Assembly (NCBI GenBank): GCA_964016885.1
Contig: OZ024743.1
Coordinates: forward strand, 13,082,001 to 13,146,000
Length of the DNA: 64,000 nucleotides
Reading direction: 5' to 3'
Source: Eledone cirrhosa
Lineage: Eukaryota
In this document: piece after piece, positions 35,577-48,023 of the stretch
Layout of the letters: each line of letters begins with the position of its first letter
Numbering within the stretch: position 1 is the stretch's first letter
Program-made: the position numbers and the translations under genes
The notes under the pieces: generated by a model
Told to the model about the DNA's origin: nothing
Databases searched by the model: none
What the model saw: only the letters and a program-made list of their open reading frames with translations

Positions 35577-35729
35577 TAATCAAAATATATGCTTTATTAT
35601 GTGAATATCTTCATTTGTTAATATTTTGAATAATATTAAAAACTCAAGGAAAATTTGTTGAGTGCTTTTAATCTATTGTAAAACTGAATTCATTGAGTAA
35701 TCAATGAATCATATTAATCTTTGGTTATA

Positions 35730-35801
<72 letters not shown>

Positions 35802-35849
35802 TATATATATAAATATATATATATGTATATATATACTTATATATACAAT

Positions 35850-37260
35850 AACTGTAACACTGGGAACTAGGAACACATTAGTATTTAGGAATTCTAGGCC
35901 TAGCAATACCTATACAGCCAATCGTAATAGTGGCAGAGGCCTACTCCCTACTCCTAGTAACAGATTCAGAATCAACCCTAGATTAAGAAATGATAATAGG
36001 CCGACCATTAGCAAGCACACTGGCAATAATAACCCTAGTAATGTCCCTGCCAACTCTACTAGACCCCATAGACGCAACAGGCCTAGATAAATCACCTGGC
36101 TCACCCCCCCCCCCCCATTCTCATCTAATGTAGCTACCAACATCCCTAAACGCTTCTTCTCCATCCTATCTAAACACCCCCCCCCCCCTAGCCATAGATA
36201 TTACAAGCTCTTTAATAAAAACAATATTAAAATCTCCTTCTCCACTACACCGAACCTAGCTAGCCACATCGTATTTAGCAACTATCATAAACTAAAAAAA
36301 TATAGCCCCCCCCCCCCCCCCTGCGGTACCCCCACCCCATAAGTACTCCACGTAGCCGTACCAATACTCATCGTAATAACAGAACACCCCCCTCTAGTAC
36401 ACACCAGCCACATAGTTTAAACAACCCTACTCCTACTAATCGCAACCGTAATTGCAACTGCCGTAACCTCACTGCGTGCCCGCTTAACGGCCAGTGCCTT
36501 ACGCCCAATATCGTATATAAGTGCAGGGTTAGAAGGGCCTCATCGACTAGCTCTTATAGTGACTCTACATCAAACCCCTTTAAGGTTCGCTATAATGCGC
36601 ACTCATTTTCCCTCCGCGACCCTAGCAATAGATGCTTAACTTCTCTAACTAGTCTCATTAAAAACCTTAGACTAGCCAACATTGAACATTCAATAGCTTG
36701 GGATATCTTAGCTAGATCTCCTGCATTTAATGGGAGAAAAAACTCTTGCGATCTCTGTTTTACCGAGGTCTATCACATAACTTTGTCAAGGCCACCTCCC
36801 ATCAATGACAGGAACGAGTTGGTGATCAACTGCCACCACCGCAGAGCGAGTTCCTTCGCTAACAGAATATTTGACCCAGCTTAGCCCATCCTTTAGTCAT
36901 GCCTCTCCCTAAAACTAACAAATTAATGGCATCATTAGTCCACCACATAAGAACCTATAAGTTGCCTCCCTTAGCTACAAATCCCACTGCAACTATACCT
37001 ATAAGCTATCTCCCTACCTTACCTTGGTTACAGCTCCTAGTGGGATTCTTGTCTCTCCAAGGAGTTACCTCCCCTGAAACCCATCTCTATACAATAAGAT
37101 AGTTACCCTACAGGAAGCCATTTTGGTGTGTGATAGGCACCAGTGTTTACCTTCAGCCTCGACAGACATCTGATGTTTATTTATATAATACACATGAAAT
37201 TCTCCAGTGCCAAGGTGCCCCATCTAGGGAGCTGCTAATCTGAGGGTTCTTTACGGACAC
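35850..37260 (+). mobile_element. Decayed PLE (thumb, Cys-rich linker, GIY-YIG, 3' UTR)
   Basis: ITW.TPPFSSNVATNIPKRFFSILSKH..HRYYKLFNKNNIKISFSTTPNL, CNCRNLTACPLNGQCLTPNIVYKC, FKVRYNAH and WDILARSPAF..CDLCFTE..NDRNELVINCHH. Confidence 0.85.
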
Positions 37261-40200
37261 GTAACTCTCCCATTTTATTTTTATTTTTATTTCATCTTTA
37301 TTTCATCTTTATTTTGATTTCTGCTTTATATATAGTAATGATCTCATTATCTTTCCCTAAGTTCCGAAGTTCTGCTCCATAATATTATTCGATGTTACTT
37401 ATATTTCTCTGCACCAACTCAATAACACTCTTACCAACGGTCTTGGCGTTGTGTTCTTGCGCTAGGCACTTTAGTTCACGTTTTTTCTTGAGAAGCTTGC
37501 TATTCATGGTCTGCCTCAACGATGAAAAAGCACATCTCTCTATCATTACGAAGATGCAACCCAGACTCCGGCTCCTTTCCAGTGGACCGTGTAATCCCTC
37601 GAATAAGATGAGATACGCCACTGCTGCTGCCTACTCAAATTTGCACTTGAAAATGACAGTAGAAAGATAAGGAGGAACATGAGTTTCCTCTGTAAATATT
37701 TGAATCCGTTAAATAATCATTTTAAAGATTAAGGATAACCATAGTCTCCTCTGAAGTGCATTCACATATACGTGGATGTGTCTTGATTTTTTACATTTAT
37801 TGTCTTCTCTTTGACAGCCTACTCAGAAGTGGTACTAATAGCATACAAACTAGTGTGACCTGTTGCATGGTCGAGTAACTGACTAAACATTAAAAATGTT
37901 GTATATCTTTCGGGATATACACAGACACAAACCCATACACAAATACTCATGCACATGCACACACATATACACATAAATATGTGTGTGTGCGTGTAAATCT
38001 TCTACTAAGCTTTTGGAAAACCTACAACGAAAACTGTATATGATTTCATCAGTATGTAGAAGTGTATTCGGATGTCTGACATTGTATTCTTAATGCATCA
38101 ATACAGTTTCGAACCTTCCCATATGTACTTCATGTTGTGTAATCTATTGAAGATACGTCAGTCAGCCTTATGTTAGCCAAATGAGGCAGCTTTGGAAATA
38201 CATATACGACCACCCATATCACCTTTTCTTGTAACTCGCTAAACTTCTGCATTAGAAATGTTTGGTTTCTCAAAAGCATACACAACAGCCTTTATCAATC
38301 TTTTCTATTTTAGCGATGAATAGTATCACTTTTCCAGTTAACTTCATTCATTTCAATTGCTTTCAAAAATAACCTATTTGGTCCTCGAACAACATTCGTA
38401 CATTGTATAGAGGGCACTTTCCATATATACAATGCAGAATCTAATACAGAAACAACTTTAATTTGTACACTCTCCAGAAAAACATAAAGACATCAATGCT
38501 TAAAACGCCGACTCACTTCAAAATCTGTGGAGTTCATGATAACCAGCTAACATTCAGAATATATTATAAACATCGCAAATAAATGCACTTCAAATACATT
38601 TTAAAATACCCTTGACTGACTCATTTTGCACATGAGAAAAGAAGAGAAGTCAATACATATATACGTTACACAGCAACTTTGTAAACCTTATTATGCGATA
38701 ATAAGATCAAACATGAGTCTGAAGAGCTCTGTCGGAATCTTTTGCTTTTTGAAGTTGTGGAGCTATTTCACCACGTAAGAAGCAAGAACAGTTGTGCGTG
38801 CTGCCTAGGTAGACAAACTTGTAGACTACTTTCAATTCTATTCCTTCAGGCAAAACTGATGTTTTCACGTATGTGTTTCCTGTGGCAGGCTACAACATTA
38901 GGGTGGTCTTAAGCTAAGCCTATGTCTTACAATATGTGTACATATAAATCGTAAGCGTTTTAATATCTTTAGGAGTGCGTTCAATTAAGTTCCTCTCATC
39001 TGCATACTAGGAATCAAATATAAGACATCGAACAGCTTCCGTATTGGTAGCAAAATCACTGAATATTGTAAAGAAGACCAGAAGATACTCACCATGTATC
39101 CAAGAGGAAGTATCGGCGACAAGGTTATTGACAAAGTTAGCTGAGAAAGTTCGGACTAGGTTGTTGGGGCCCACATTATAGCAACACTTTTCTTTTTGTT
39201 ATCCGTGAAGCCATCACATCAAGTTACATGCTTTTGTTATTACCACAGCTCTCTAGCAACTATTTTGTTTCTTACAAAATTTGTTTTTTTTACTTTCACC
39301 GTTTAGTTTAGACTCCAAATAATACGAATAGCGTTAATGTTATTCTATAATACTTGTACTGTCTTAGTGAGTTTTTTTAATAAATGGTATTCAGTGCCAG
39401 ATTTCGACATGATAGGGCCCTAATCTAGAGGATCTTTTAGAGGACCTGTTTGAATCCGTGAATATGGGTGTGTAATAGTTGAACGTAGATAGAAGGACGG
39501 TGAGATACCAAACAAATTCTTTTGGAGTGGAATTGGAGTAAATGGATATTCCTTTAGTTCTTTCACACATATACTATTAATTATTCAAGGCATTTTTGAA
39601 CTGTTAAATAAAGCTGGAAATTCATTCACATTCCCAGGGATAGTAAAATACTCTTCTCAACTGTATCATTGCCAGAAAATGAAATGTAATCATTAATAAA
39701 AATGTACACCAGTGTTATTCATACTAGTGTTATTCATACTAAATAGCGATAGAGTTTAACATATTTAATAGAGTATGTTGACGAACTAACAATATGATAA
39801 CCGAGAGAAGATAAATGAATTAACATACTGGATAAATATCGAAAGTGCGGAATGGGGCGAATGTGGTTTCCAAGCCAACTGGTGAATGCATATTGCACTC
39901 AGTTCTCACGGCTAAATGCGATGAATATATATAGAAATACAAGGAATGAAACGATGCTGATTATGATTATTAGCAGTGTGACTGAGTGGAGCATACTAAA
40001 TAAAAATACGGTAGGGTTATATATGTGATACAGAGAGTGGAAAAAAATTCAATTAACTGAGATTAACCATGCAAATAGTAAATCACATCTTGTTCGACCG
40101 ATGCTGAAAATCTTAAGATAACATCAAAGTAGATAAGAAATTTCAATTTATTGATCTCATTTAAATTCTAAACATTCATGATTTTTTGTTATTTTAAGCA

Positions 40201-41566
40201 CCAAGGAGGGATAATTTACATACTGACAGTATGGGCGTTGATAATCTAAATTAATTTAACCTTTTCAACTCCATATATTTTATATATATAATGTCAGTGA
40301 GAATAACTGGACTCGGATGTAGAAGGCAAAGGAATTTTGTCAATCCTGATTTGATTTTCTCTCATGATAAAAAGTAACGCCACAGCCATTTTGCTGCTTA
40401 AACAATTGTTTACAATTGCTGTGACTATCATACCCCACTCTCTTCTCTCCTATTCTTTGTTCTTCCCTCAATGTCCCTTGTTCTGACCCCACACGTTCTT
40501 TCATTCTCACTTCTCTTTTTAACCTCTCTGCATTCACCTTCCCACCATGCCAATCTCTCACTACGGCCTTTTGCTGCAACACTATTGAACTTGACAGTTC
40601 GCCTTATGATGTCTTTTACTCGAGCTAATTTGTAACAAACAATTTTGTTTCTCAACGGTTATCTGTCAAAATATTTGTTAGTCATAATTTTCTTGCTTTT
40701 ATTTTAGGAGCATCCTCTCCCATATTAGTATGAATATTTTTCGTTTTGTTTCTTTGTCGAAAATTCCCGACCTCTATCGTTATGTCGACTTGTCTCGTAT
40801 ACGTTTCATTTTTATCTCAAATATCTTTGTATAGGTGAGCTAAGAAATGTGGTACCACAAAAAAATCTAGTAGTCAGCTGAGGAATGTGAAATCTCCGTT
40901 TGTCTGGTCATGGAGTTCTTAGTGTACTTTGTATGTCCGCATCGTATACCTTCCTGCCAGATGATTGAACGTCTGAAAGTATATACTTTCCTTATGCATA
41001 TTAACGGCTGAGCAGCCTAATTTGCATATCGAGTGAGTTAGTCGGCCGGGCACACCGAAAACGATAAACGGAAAAAATGAAATTTCATTTCTCACTCTTA
41101 GTACGGCTGATACTTAAATATAACTATGTATACGTACATACATATATGTATACAGACGTACAGTAGTATGTATATACATACATGCACACCTATATATATG
41201 TACGTATGGGTTTACCCATGTGTGTATGTGTGTACATGTGTATGTATGTGTATATATATATGTATATATATATATATATATATACATGTATATATATATG
41301 TGTATATATATATATGTGTGTATGAGTGTGTGTCTATGTTCTTCTGGTTTTATAATTTCACAAAGTTTTACCAATAGAGAGAGAGTCGGTTTCTAGCATA
41401 GACACAAGACTCTCTCATTGGAATTTACACAACATCAACTAGGTAGATATGTATGTATGCATGCATGTGTAGATATGGATGTTATTGTATGTGTGGATGT
41501 GTATGTTTTGAGTTGTATGTGTGCATGTGTATATGCTTTGTATCTATACATGTGTATATGCAGTTA

Positions 41567-41960
41567 TTAGATGCAACATTTTTGGAATGTTTTACATATT
41601 TTTACTGTTCCATTAATGTATTGTACTTGTAATTTCCTAACTAGTTGTGTTCTTTCTGTTCCTGTGAAGCCTAGCTTCTCAAGATGTGTATTGAGGCAGT
41701 TACTAACATATCCCAGTGCCCCAATAATCACAGGCATAAATCTGAAGGTGTAATCAGGGTGGAGTATCTGCAGATTTCTCATCAGTTCTGCATAAATATT
41801 CTCCTTTTCACTAATCTTTGATATTATATTGGCATCTGCTGGGCAGCTAATTTCCACTACTGTGCATGTTTTCTTCTCCCTGTGCCATATCATAATATCT
41901 GGTCTGTTATGCCTGCATTTTATTGGGGTTTTTACTGGAACATTCCACCAGTACTCTTTC
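41567..41960 (-). mobile_element. R4/Dong-like non-LTR element 3' fragment (restriction-like endonuclease)
   Basis: [38 protein letters not shown] is the PD..(D/E) RLE domain. Truncated at (TACA)n. Confidence 0.85.
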
Positions 41961-42050
41961 ATGTATGTATGTATGTATGTATGTATGTATGTATGTATGT
42001 ATGTATGTATGTATGTATGTATGTATGTATGTATGTATGTATGTATGTAT

Positions 42051-42497
42051 GTTTTCTCTTTCTCTTAATTTCGAGTATATTTTTTTGACCGGCCACTTCC
42101 TGGTGGCAAGGTTGTAAAAGAAAAGAAATTGTCATCCCTTGAATCGCAAGAATGTTTTGCAAATTTTGAAGGTGCCAGCTATCGCAGCCATTTGTAGACT
42201 ATGAATTAGGGAGCTGCGCTTTTTGTCCGCAAATCCAAGTTCAGTCATACTTTGGTCCATGCGGGTTGGTATAAAACCCGTAGCACCAATAATGATGGGT
42301 ATGAAGCTAAAGGTGTATCTTGGATACTGGATTTGTAAAGTCCTCATCAATGGTCCGTAGATGTCCTCCTTCTCCTGTATTTTTCTGACAACGTTTACAT
42401 CAAGTGGGCAGCTGATCTCCACAACAGAACACGTTTTCAATGTGTGGTCCCAAACTACAATATCAGGCCGGTTGTGCTTTAATTTGGTGGCAGTTTT

Positions 42498-42498
<1 letters not shown>
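42051..42498 (-). mobile_element. Second, distinct R4/Dong-like RLE 3' fragment
   Basis: KTATKLKHNRPDIVVWD..VVEISCPLD..EKEDIY..PIIIGATG. (TACA)n on both sides. Confidence 0.85.
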
Positions 42499-42529
<31 letters not shown>

Positions 42530-42585
42530 TGTATGTATGTATGTATGTATGTATGTATGTATGTATGTATGTATGTATGTATGTA

Positions 42586-43045
42586 TGTCAAAGGGCAAAG
42601 GAGCTCTTAAGAGTCAATGGCCATCCAAAATCACCGGGAGAGATGACCCCTTAGCTTTGTCAAGGCAGAATTCTAGGAGAAGGAAAACTCTGATATAACA
42701 CCTGCAACCCTGATGGTATCCAATGATGTTGACTTGTTCTTCTTTTTGGTAAATATCATCTTGGTTAAGAGAGTGGGACTGGCTTTGTGCAGTGCCTTTG
42801 CTCACTATAAAAGCTTCACGGCACAGGCATTGCTTTATATCTGGAGATCTCTCTGCACTTGTCCTCACATAGTACCATGGGCCCAGCACTATGTGTCAAT
42901 AATTGTCACAAGTGTAGTGTTTGTACCAGAGTTTTCAAGTCGCTGGCTGGACTAAAAAGTCACACTCGTTCAGCGCTTCGGTAGGGGTTCTCCTACATGG
43001 ATATAAAGTAGTGGCCGTACTCGAAAACGTGTTGGCAGCCACCAT
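42586..43045 (+). mobile_element. RTE-derived non-autonomous element in (TATG)n
   Basis: Reverse complement of 11603-12063. Confidence 0.82.
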
Positions 43046-43296
43046 GTATGTATGTATGTATGTATGTATGTATGTATGTATGTATGTATGTATGTATGTA
43101 TGTATGTATGTATGTATGTATATGTGCGTATGTGTGTATATATGTATGTATATGTGTACGTTTGAATGTGTGTATGCGTGTGTATGCATGAGAGTGTGTG
43201 TATATATATATATATTTATATATACATTATGAAGAGAGAAGAAACATTTAGATATAATTAGTAATAAAATGTATCATACCTAAACTGCTTCTAGAT

Positions 43297-43386
43297 TCCT
43301 AGACTACGTAGTTTCGTGGCATAAATAAAAACAATATATCATAAAGATATAGAGTCCTTGCGAGGTCTGCCGACTTATCAAGAGGA
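43297..43386 (-). ncRNA. Hammerhead ribozyme with variant U3:A8 core
   Basis: tcctc-TTGATAA-gt(c)ggca..tgccac-GAAAC-tacgta-GTC-tagga. Palindromic ACTACGTAGT stem III. First stem I pair mismatched. Confidence 0.68.
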
Positions 43387-44098
43387 TACCTCATTTTACT
43401 AGTCTCAAGAACGCGTCTACACGACGTGAGAAAGAATCCCAAAAGGCGGAGGGGGAGATAGTCACGCGATATAACGGTCGAGGTATATATATATATATAT
43501 GTGTGTGTGCGCGTATGTATGTACACATATTTGTATGTATATGTATATATATATGTGTATATATTTGTATATGTGTATGCGTGTATGTACCATTATGTAT
43601 GTTTGTTGTGTGTGTGCCTGCCTGTGTGTGCGTGCGTGTATGTGTGTGTACGTGTGTAAGTGGGCGAGTGTATTAATGTGCTTGTCGACACCTGGAATAT
43701 ATATTAAGAGAAACTTCACAATAAGGGGAATCACTCCAACACTTGAATCTGTTGATGGAACTCTCTCTGCCTTTGTCACCCTTATTCCACCCTTAAAGAG
43801 TTAGCTTCTAAAGAATTTCCCTTTTCTTTAACCCATTGAACCCCACCCATCATGTAGACACCTGTCTTACAGGCATTGTTAAACTAAGTGATAAACTAAG
43901 ATTGGTATTCCAAATATGATTTTGTTTATAGTATTCTTCCTGCCATTGTTAATACAGAATTGTTAATAAAGAATTAGTTTTTAATGAACTCCCTTTTCTT
44001 TAAATCCTTCAACCAATGACCTCCACTCATCCCAATCCCCACCCTCTTCTACCACCAGAAAAGAAAAGATATAAATACCACTACTTACTTGGACAAGC

Positions 44099-44149
44099 AG
44101 TTCCCTGATGATTTCTCACGAATGAAACAGTTCTAGTCCTGTAGAAGCT
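44099..44149 (+). ncRNA. Hammerhead ribozyme, homologue of 57705-57751
   Basis: CTGATGA-tttc-tcac-gaat-GAAACAG-ttctagtc-CTGTA-gaagct. The downstream 90 bp is homologous to 57750-57840. Confidence 0.7.
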
Positions 44150-44244
44150 CTTCTATATTGAAACTTTTATACTCTGCTATGTATTGAGTACCATACTTAC
44201 TGTGGTTACCTCTGATTCAACCCAGAATAACTTATATATATATA

Positions 44245-44302
<58 letters not shown>

Positions 44303-44953
44303 CATGATAACAGGTTATCGTTATAGGCAGTCCACTTAGATGAAGTCCAGTTAAAGTACTCCGTGTTGTGGATGGTATTAACGTATGGCTTAGTTGTGTC
44401 TCAACAAGACGTTTCCATAGTGATGCTGCGAGTTCGCGGTGATTTTCATGTAGTTTATACTTGGAGTAATAATAATTCAAGAAAGAAGAGTGACATGGTT
44501 GGCTATACAATAAGGGCTTTATTCACATTGATTTACATATTGATTTATAGAACCATATATCTCTATGCACCCACTCTATCATTCTCTCTAAGTTGATACA
44601 ACGAAAATACTTATCTGTCAAACTATAAATCAATCTCCGGTTTATTGCTAGTGTGCTTTTAGACCTACAGCACACGTATATACCTCATAATTACTCCTAA
44701 ATCCTGACTCAAAGTACATTTTATCAGCTATCTCTTCACCACCTTAATACTACACCTAATGTTACCCTATAGGAGTTTTCACATGTCAATTTCATACATC
44801 TGTATCATATCAGTTCGTTTAATATGCTAGATTTATCATTATACTCTATTTTTTACTTATATTGATGTTATTATTTTAACTATTCAGTATCTAGTTATTT
44901 TATTATTGATATTATTAATATTATTGTTCTGGAGTATCTTCGTCACTTTCGCA

Positions 44954-45062
44954 CACTCTGATGAAACGACTGGTTATAAAAAAAATATTGGAGTACGATT
45001 GACGCAACATCAAGTGATTAGCGAACTCTAGACCTACCAGATCAAAGAAACAATTGTCAGCA
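44954..45062 (+). ncRNA. Hammerhead-like motif with ~80-nt domain II
   Basis: CTGATGA..ctggt..accag..GAAAC-aatt-GTC-ag. Weak stem I. The 3' flank 45062-45119 is inverted-repeated at ~44472-44530. Confidence 0.5.
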
Positions 45063-45420
45063 ATATGAATAAAGCCCTTATTGTATAGCCAACCATGTCA
45101 TTCTTCTTTCTTGAATTATATATATATATATATGTATATATACACATAGACATAGGCAAAAATAACCTAATAGAACAGTGGTATGAAGTTGGACAATTAA
45201 TTTAGTGTAGAAAAGTGTTGCTGAATGCCTTAAACTCTTAATTTATTGAAATTACATTATAAGACGGAGAGGAAACAAACCACAACAAACTAATGTCAAA
45301 TATGGGAAAATTGTTAGGGGTAGAGGGTATACTTTCAAGGAATAAACCATAAATTCATGCGTCAATGACGATGTTAAAAATGATAATCTGATCTTTATTT
45401 AGGAGACAAGTGGCAAGTAT

Positions 45421-45460
45421 GGATACGCGTTTCAGTTTCAATTTAGACTTCATCAAGCTA
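45421..45460 (-). ncRNA. Degenerate minimal hammerhead
   Basis: TTGATGA-agt..act-GAAAC-gc-GTA. C3>U is uncompensated and stem I is not paired. Confidence 0.4.
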
Positions 45461-45589
45461 ATACAGGCCTTCTCATCGCCAACCATAGTAAGATAAACTA
45501 ACATACTTGGACAAGATTAATTTTCATAATTCAAATTGAAGGGCCCAAAGAGAAAGTAACGCAAACTAGTGGCATGAATCTAGAAATTA

Positions 45590-45760
45590 TGTTATGAGGT
45601 TGTGCAAGATGTTTGGATAACATTCATGAGCTTGACTGGTCAAACTTGGGGATCCAGCCGGAGCAGTTTGAGACGGTTGCTTCTGAGAGGACACGCTGGA
45701 GGGAGTGTTTGAGGACTCTTTCCCCATGAACCTCTCAGAAATAAGTGGGCGAAGAAGGTG
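45590..45760 (+). mobile_element. RTE-clade LINE 3' remnant
   Basis: DNIHELDWSNLGIQPEQFETVASERTRWRECLRTLSP. Confidence 0.6.
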
Positions 45761-45875
45761 ATGCACGATAAATTCCTAATCCTTTAAATAATACTCTTGG
45801 TTAGAAAAAGCATCGAAAAACCAAATGGCAATTATTAGCAACTATGCATGTGCATATATACGAGTGTGTATGTGT

Positions 45876-45986
<111 letters not shown>

Positions 45987-47457
45987 CGTCAATGAGTGTT
46001 CGTGTCAACGTATGTTTGTGTCTATATGTTTATCCAGTTCTATTCTCGACCTTTATCCCCTTTGTCATGCCTAGTCTACCTTTCTAATTCTCATATATCT
46101 CTTTTCCTCTCAATACCTTTGATTATTCCCACATTTGGCTTTGCCTTAGACATTCTCAGTATATCTGATAATTCAACATTCTTCTCGCCATTTCCTACTC
46201 TACTATTTTTCTCTTTTAACTTTCGTCCCCTTTTCCCACCATTTTGTTAGCTTCTTTTCTTTTTAACCGTCGTTATTTCTTCACTTTGATTTCACTTCAA
46301 TCGTACCTACCTATTTCCTTTCTTTGTAATTTTACCTTTGAAGAGTTTTTCACTAGTTCACTTACTCAATTATTATTTCAGTCACTTGCTGTTGCACTCA
46401 CTCATTTACCCACTCTTTCACTCGCACAGTCATTCAATATTCCCTTCTCTCTCTCTCTCTTTCTCTCTCTCACTCACTCTCTATCTCGTCTCCCCCATCG
46501 TTACTTTACAACAAACATACAAACACACAAATATGCACATGCACAGACGCGCACAAACATACAAACACAAACAAACACACACACACTGACGCATACAAAC
46601 ATACAAACACAAACACGCACACACACACACATATGCACACACACACACACACGCTTATAAACATATAAACAAACACCTTTCTCTGAAGTTCTCATTCTCT
46701 CATAGCCTAAAGTAATATATGCACATAGTTTCTGTCCCTTTTTTCTGTAGCTCTTTTTCTCATCACATATTCACAGTCAGTCTCCTTGTTTTCTCCAAGC
46801 ACCCCAAACATTGTATTTTTCCTTCGCCCTATATTCTTCACATTCTTCTATTCTCACAATATTTCTGCTTTAAGTTGTGCTCTGCTACACTTACATCTGT
46901 ACATCCAAACTTACACTTATCCACCCTCATATCTCCCACCTTCTCCATCATAAACTCATTGTTATTGCTCTTTCTCCCCTTATCTTTCAATTAGAGTTTC
47001 TTCAACCGCTCATCCGTCTTCTATTGCGTTATTTTACTTCTCTATCATGTCACTGTAACTTCACACTTCTCTATAATTCGTTTATCCCATTTAAGCCGTT
47101 GTGAATCAGTTGTGTAAACTCTTGGCTGTAGGGCTAAAAAGATTATCCCTGCTATTTTCATGCCTTGTTTGAATTTTTTTTTTCTGTCAGTACTCATTGA
47201 TAAAAAGGGTGTTTCATGTCAGAAAATCTACACTAATATCAGAGATATGTTCGATAGAACAAAACCCATTAGTATTTGGATGTTAGTGTGCTTGCCCATG
47301 CGTGTATGTACAGCATGTAAAATGCGTCAATTCATACAGTTTGTCTAGTATTACGCATGAACTTCTGGGTGGATATATTGTAGCTATATTGTACTATATT
47401 GCATGCATGTTTCTTGACATACGTGTATACTAACTTTTCTGTATATCTTATGTATCC

Positions 47458-47528
<71 letters not shown>

Positions 47529-47953
47529 ATTCCTTCACTCCTCACTGAGACCCACACACATTCACACACATATATACGCACACATGCACACAAATATACA
47601 CGCACATACTTACACACATACACGCACATACACATGCGAAGACACACACACGCACATATACACTCACTCAAACACACACACATATATATATATATATGAT
47701 GATCGATTCCAACCGTGACCATCCCCACTGAAAGTTTCGTGAAATAGTCTTTAAGACTATACAGAGCATTTGTAGTTTTTCCAAATTGAAGGATGAGTAT
47801 TTTAAACTTTATTTTATTCTGAGTTAAGGCTCTATTGATTTTTCCCTGGATTTCACCAAATTCTGTGGATGAATCTATATCCTGATTCTTTTTGAACTAT
47901 TTTTCCATTTTGACGCTATAGTCACTTATATATTATGGAATACTGTTGGCTTC

Positions 47954-47979
47954 TTGCTACAATCATTTCTATACTTTTC

Positions 47980-48023
<44 letters not shown>

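Noticed and set aside
37900-41100. Possible ancient L1/Tx1-type remnants or host exons in the non-microsatellite stretch
   Set aside because: Only faint peptide resemblance, with no supportable frame or splice structure.
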